From positions 58,466,001 to 58,530,000 of the forward strand of contig OX597826.1 of the NCBI GenBank assembly GCA_951406725.2: DNA of 64,000 nt, given 5' to 3'. Position 1 is the first letter of the stretch, and every line of letters starts with the position of its first letter. The stretch comes from Octopus vulgaris (Eukaryota). Both the position numbers and the translations under genes were made by a program. Shown here piece after piece: positions 57,299 to 64,000 of this stretch. The notes under the pieces were generated by a model. The model was not told the origin of the DNA. It searched no databases and saw only the letters and a program-made list of their open reading frames with translations.

Positions 57299-57969
57299 TA
57301 TATATGTATGTATATATACGCATATATGTCTGTGCGACTGTGTGAGTGTTTGTGTGGTGCGTGGGTGCGTTGCTTTTGTATGCATGTGTGTGTGGTTTTG
57401 TGTGTGTGTGTTTATGTTCATGCATCAGTGAGTGTATTTCTTTATCTGTCTGTCTTTCTTTCTTTCCCTCTCTTCTCCTCTTTCTTTGTCTTCTTGTTTC
57501 TAACATTTCTCTCTCTCTCTCTCTCATCTCTCATCTCTCATCTCTCTTCGTTGTCTTCTATATGTGATGTATGGGGTTATGGCTGAAAATTAAAGCGTTT
57601 GTGAAGACTGTCTCGTCAGATATCCGCCAGATGATCTAAGATTTCCTGCCGTACATCTTTGGACACAAACAACAGTCACCTTTTGATCTTTTCACAACAA
57701 TCATGAAACAGATACGTTTAGGAAACCTATGGAACTGGAATGGTGCGGAGGCGAATCTGAATTCTTCAACGTTTCTAAAACAATACGATAAACAATACGA
57801 AACGATTGTAAATGTGATACACAGACACAACGCCAAGAAAAGATAACTCTGAATGATAAAAATTTATGATTTCAATGAGTTGCACATTTGCGGATGATGG
57901 ATGAATTATAAACTTCATTGCTATGTTGAAGCTGGTGGAAATTGGTTGAAATCATGAATTGTCTTTTTC

Positions 57970-58322
57970 TAAGAAGCTAGCTTCCCAATCTCATGGTTCC
58001 GGGTTCAGTCCCACTGCATGGCATCTTGGGCAAGTGTCTTCTTCTGTAATTTCGGGCCGACCAAAGCCTTGACGGAAACTGAAAGAAGCCCACTGTATAT
58101 ATGTATGTATGTGTGTGTGTGTGTGTGTGAATGTTCATGTGTGTATGTCTTTGTGTCTATGTTTTTCCATCCACCACCACTTGACAAACGGTGTTTGTGT
58201 GTTTACGTCACAGTAACTTAGCGGTTCGGCAAAAAGACCGATAGCATAAGTATTAGGCTTAAAAAGTAAGTTCTGGAGACGAATTGTTCGATTAAAACCC
58301 TTCAAGACGGTGCTCCAGCAAA
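57970..58322 (+). mobile_element. CORE-like SINE, partly deleted
   Basis: catggttccgggttcagtcccactgc...cttgggcaagtgtctt...ggtgctccagca. Confidence 0.88.
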
Positions 58323-58398
58323 GGAACATATATATACAAAGAGAGAGAGGGGGGATGATACAGACAGACAAACAAACAAACAAATAGATAGATAGATG

Positions 58399-58476
<78 letters not shown>

Positions 58477-58868
58477 TGGTTAGCTAGCTAGCTAGAATGA
58501 TATAGAAGCAATTTTATTTGTTCCACTTTTGAAAGGGTCCTATTGAACAATGAATTCTCGGTGACCAGAGTTTATTCTGCTAAAACCACTCGTGAACAAT
58601 TCAGTACTCTTCCGCTAATTGTTAAAGGCTCTGTTATTCAGAGGTTCAGTACTGAGCGGACACTAGTTCGTATCCTTTCACAAATGCACAGATCCGTCCG
58701 TAGTGATGACAGTTAACTCTCAGATGACCCAACCATAAGTACCCATTTGTAAGAATCCCCTCATTATTTTACCGCAGTAGAAACATCGGTAAAACGATGG
58801 AGCTGGTTTTTTACCGATTCTGACTGCCTATTATGAAGACAATATATGAATTCATTATATGATATAGA

Positions 58869-59452
58869 GGCTGCGAGCTGGCACAATCGTTAGCACGGTG
58901 GGCCTAATGCGCAGCCGTATTTCGTCTGCAGTAACGTTCTGAGTTCAAATTCCGCCGAGGTCGATTTTCTTTTCATCCTTTCGGGGTCGATTAAATAAGT
59001 ACCTGTTACGTACTGGGGTCGATAAAATCGACTTAATCCGTTTGTCTGTCCTTGTTTGTCCCCTCTGTGTTTAGCCCCTTGTGGGTAGTAAGGAAATAGG
59101 TATTACGTCTGCCGTTACGTTCTGCGCTCTAATTCCGCCGAGGTCGACTTTGCCTTTCATCCTTTCGGGGTCGATAAATAAAGTACCAGTTACGCACTGG
59201 GGTCGATGTAATCGACATAATCCGTTTTTCTGTCCTTGTTTGTCCTCTCTGTGTTTAGCCCCTTGTGGGTAGTAAACAAATAGGTATTTTGTTCATCTTT
59301 ACGCTCTAAGTTCAAATTCCGACGAGGTCGACTTTGCTTTTCATCCTTTCGGGGTCGGTTAAACAAGTACCATTTTAACACTGGTGTCGATGTAATCGAC
59401 TTAACCCCTCCCCACAAATTTCGGGCCTTGTGCCTATAGTGGAAATGATTAT
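58869..59452 (+). mobile_element. Head-to-tail trimer of Meta-like SINEs (tail A, tail A, tail B)
   Basis: Units 58869-59098, 59099-59282 and 59283-59452; units 2 and 3 both start at ggtatt. Confidence 0.92.
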
Positions 59453-59559
59453 ATGATATAAATTAAATGTTCCATGATACTTAAATTCTAGCGTTGTTCG
59501 TCTTTGCCTATTTCGATGTCTGAATAGTTCAGGTTTGGTTTTGATGTCTTTCATCTTCC

Positions 59560-59752
59560 ACTTATTTCAGTCATTAGACTGCGGCAATGCTGAAGCACCG
59601 CCTTGAAGAATTTTAATCAAACTAATAGACCCCTGGTAATTATTCTATTGATCTTCCAGGCCGAACCGCTAGGTTACAGGGACGGAAACACACCAACAGG
59701 AGTTGTCAAGCGGGATGGGAGCAAACACACTCACAGAGACACACACATACAG

Positions 59753-59805
<53 letters not shown>

Positions 59806-59988
59806 CATACATACATACATGCACACGACGAGCTTTTGTCAGTTTCCTTCTACCAAATCAACTGAGAAGGCTTTGGTCGGCCCAAGGCTATAGTAGTAGA
59901 CTCTTCCTCGAAGTGCCATGCAGTGGGATTTTACTCGGAACCATGTGGCTGGAAAGCAAGCTTCTTATTACACAGCCAAGCCTGTGCC
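59560..59988 (-). mobile_element. CORE-like SINE, diverged, near full length
   Basis: Aligns to 56233-56622. Confidence 0.85.
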
Positions 59989-61334
59989 TATATACTTTAA
60001 TTCTAGGAGCGGTAATTATATGAATGATAAAAACTAATTATGGAGCGAGAAAAAAAAGAAGACAATATTACTTAATGACTAATATTATTTTAGTTATTTC
60101 GTTAAATGCAGCAGACAAATCTAGATTTATTTCCCTTTTATTCTGACCTCGGCAGCGAAAATTAGACCATGCCGTCCTTCTCAGAGTAGTGATGAGAAAA
60201 TCCTAGAGTGAATACGTTTCATCTTGTATATTTGATCATGGCAGTGGAAAATAGAGTTGCCTAGAATAAAACTGAGATACATATTAACTTGGGTAGCTGT
60301 CAATTACAAAAGTAGATTTACATTAAGTACCACGTCTCTACCGGAAAAGATGACGTATAAAAAATGGCTGCTTTGCTACCGAATGTTGAATTACATCGTT
60401 TAGAAGAGTTTAAAGCGTTTACGAAGAAATAGAAGCTAAATAAAAGGCAAGATCCCTAAAATAATGAAATGTGATAGGAACAAAACTATGATAATAACAT
60501 ATAACACCCCCTTCATTGTAATAGTAATATTACAATTGAGGGAGAGACCTAGGGATTCCTTAGAGAACCTATTTGTGGCCATTCGGTCCTGCTAGAAGCA
60601 GACAAAATAATTTCTCTCAAATCATACGTAAAAAAAGAGAAAAAAAAAATCAGAAGGATACGTTGGTTGATAATAGTCTTGATAAATAAATAAAAGAAAA
60701 AAACAAAGCAAGACAAAAAACAAAACGCGAGATGGTTACGGCTGGAACGCTCTTTCAAGACAGCTTAGGGTGAAATAACAATAACAGCAACGTCAGTGAT
60801 GAATGTTTATATAAAAAAGATCTCAGGAAAAATAACTAATGAAAAATAATGAAAAAATTTTTTAACAAATACACACACACACAGGCATACATGCACACAC
60901 ACACAAACACACACACACGCACAGGCATACATGCACGCACACATACACACACTAACGTAGCCAGCATTAATACAACGAATAGAAATGACAGAATAAATAA
61001 ATAAATATATAAATAACATTTGTATGAAAAAAATCGAAAAAGAAAATTCCTTGAAAGAATTTCTAAACCTCAGGAATTCTTAAAAGTTTTCATCCAACAA
61101 CGATTCGTTTCAGAAAGCTCAAGTTTATGCAAATATTCTGGCTGATGTGAATATGTGGTGTGATGGAGATGACAGAGTGGTTTGGTGATAAAGGCATTGT
61201 GGTGGGGTGTTACACAGAGATGATGAGTCGACCGCGGTGCGATGATGATGACGGAGACGACCACGTGTAGTGCGCTGGCGTGGTGGCAATATATAGAAAT
61301 GGTGTGATATTAGCGGTACAGGGGCGATATACGT

Positions 61335-61944
<610 letters not shown>

Positions 61945-62717
61945 GTACAAAATAAAACAAAGCAAAACGAAAGTATTTCTCACGTGTGTACAAGGCCACA
62001 TATTTTAGCAGGAAAACCGATTGCGCCTCAACCCCTGAATTCGCTTCATATTTCAAAAACCGGCGAATGAATAGTTAAGAAAATGTATCTCGATGGGATT
62101 TGAGATGGAAACGCCATTTTACATTATCAAACACCAGAAAGTATTGACTTGGAAGCTCTATTGTTTACTTCTTTGTTATTGTTGCTTTTCAAATGTTTCT
62201 TTGTAGTGTACCACTTTGTACGCCATATTCCCAAGAACGATAATGTCTTATATAGGTAACAAACAGACGGTCATATATATTCTAGGGGAAGTGTAAAATA
62301 AGTTTGAATGGTACTGCAGTATACGTGGTCTATTCTGAGTGATATACGGGAAATAAACATCCGAGATGCTTTATCCCGTGCTAAAACTACAGGAGTTACA
62401 TATTTTGGCAGATGTTAGTTTCAAGTTTTGGTACAAGGCCAGCAATTTTGGAGGAGGAGTAAGGGATCTATTACATCACAATCACAGATTTTTTAATAAT
62501 TTTTTTTTAACTAAACAGTTTCAAAATTCGAATACTGGTTGGATTTCTCACGTAGAGCACGGTTTACTCTGCACCATTTTTTTTGGCAAAATCTCGTATT
62601 TTAGAAGTTATCTCGCGTTAAACTTGTCGTATTTGGGTAATTTCAACCAATCAACAACGTGTATTCAGTTGAAGAAAGCGTCAGAATATTTCGAATACAC
62701 TATCAACTCTCGACTAT

Positions 62718-63100
62718 ACCAACACCACCAATACCGCCTCCACCGCCACCACAACCAACCACAAATACCACCACTACGACGACCACCACAACCACTGCCA
62801 CCTCGACCATCATTACCACAGCAATCGCCACCATCATCACCACCACTACCACCACCACCACTACCACCACCATCACCACCGTGCCACCACCATCACAACC
62901 GCCGCCGTCACCAACAACCACCACCACCACCAACAACAACAACCACCATCACCATGAAGACTATTACAACCCCACCTTTACAACAACCACCACTACAATA
63001 ACCACCGCCAATACCACTAACTCCACCATCACTACCACCTTTAACACCACCACCAAAATCACCACCGTCACAATACACCACCACCACCACCACTACTAAT
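62718..63100. repeat. Degenerate (CCA)n tract
   Basis: Directly visible; source of the Pro/Thr-rich pseudo-ORFs. Confidence 0.9.
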
Positions 63101-63697
63101 ACCTCTGCTACAAAGTCTAATGACTTGAGGGAATAAATATAGAAAAAAGAAATCGTAAAGAAGAGATAAAAAGGCAGAAAGAAAAAAAAAACGAAAAAGA
63201 AAAGGAAGAGAAAACGTACAAAAAATCCGCCATTATTGTATTATAAAAAATCTTCCGATTTTCAGATTGTGGAAAAATTTTCTTGGAATTTATTAAAGAA
63301 ATACTTTCATTCTGTCATTCAACTTTCCTTTCTGGTTTTAAATCTTCATTTTCCTCTCTTTCATTCATTATTTAGCTTTTATTTCGTTCTTTCTTCCTTT
63401 CTTTCTTTCTTTCGTTCCTTGCTTTATTCCTTGCTTGCTTATTTTTCTCGTTATTTGCTTTCTCAATTTTATTTTATTTTCATTTATTTCGTTCTTTCTT
63501 TCCTCTTCTCTCTTTCTCCCTTTACTTCTCTTATTTTATTTTATTTTATTTTATTTTATTTCATTTCATTTTATCATTTATTTCATTCTTTCCATACTTC
63601 GTCGTTTTCTTTCTCAAGTAATCTTTCTCCCCCCATTTCTCTCTCTCTCTCTCTCTCACTTTCTCTTCCTCCCACAGTCTCCATCTCTCTTTCCTTC

Positions 63698-63758
<61 letters not shown>

Positions 63759-64000
63759 AGACACACACATATACTCATTCTCTTTCACACAAGCACATAC
63801 ACACTTCACATAGCCTCAAGGCAGGCTGTGTTCGATAGAAGGCAAAACGCTAGATACAAACAAGTTGAGCAATGAAGATGATTTGCAACCAGAATCTCTA
63901 ATCTCTTGGATATGTCCAAATTCCAGGACGAAATTCTACCAGTAGCAGCAGCACCGCCGCCGTCGCCGCTACCACCACCACCACCACCACCAATTACAGC

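Noticed and set aside
57640-57846. Open + frame DFLPYIFGHKQQ...NAKKR*
   Set aside because: No polypyrimidine acceptor at its start and no recognisable homology.
58536-58716. Acceptor-like ttttgaaAG followed by a ~60-codon open frame
   Set aside because: Phase is incompatible with the 52619 candidate exon and the peptide is unrecognised.
58869-59452. Possible CRISPR-like or tRNA gene array
   Set aside because: The units are SINE copies with no unique spacers; the heads are tRNA-derived but lack a complete cloverleaf.
62366-63001. 211-aa proline-rich ORF
   Set aside because: A chimera of a SINE tail fragment, another probable repeat remnant and a (CCA)n tract.

Overview
This is 64 kb of AT-rich eukaryotic intronic or intergenic DNA. 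I recognise the SINE families as those of Octopus (a coleoid cephalopod); this is recall, not a database check. Much of the window is compound microsatellite ((TA)n, (CA)n, (GA)n, (TATG)n, (GATA)n, (ATT)n, (GAT)n, (GAA)n, (TAG)n/(GGT)n), and nearly every ORF in the supplied track is an artefact of it. The real coding relics are all decayed transposons: two Tc1 5' fragments, a mariner 3' fragment, a full-length DD37D/maT-like element, an internally deleted rosa-like element, a Penelope-like RT plus GIY-YIG ORF and three RTE-type LINE fragments. There are also pogo-like and hAT-like MITEs with TSDs and at least four tRNA-derived SINE families (about 30 copies or fragments). No host protein-coding gene can be named; there are only weak candidate exons and two promoter-like islands. 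I cannot demonstrate a new biological system. The best leads are: a Meta-like SINE with swappable 3' tails, one matching a LINE-like 3' UTR in the window; recurrent SINE-into-SINE insertion at fixed positions; a perfect 116-bp spacerless palindrome; hammerhead-ribozyme-like remnants; and an unclassified repeat tied to (GAA)n arrays.
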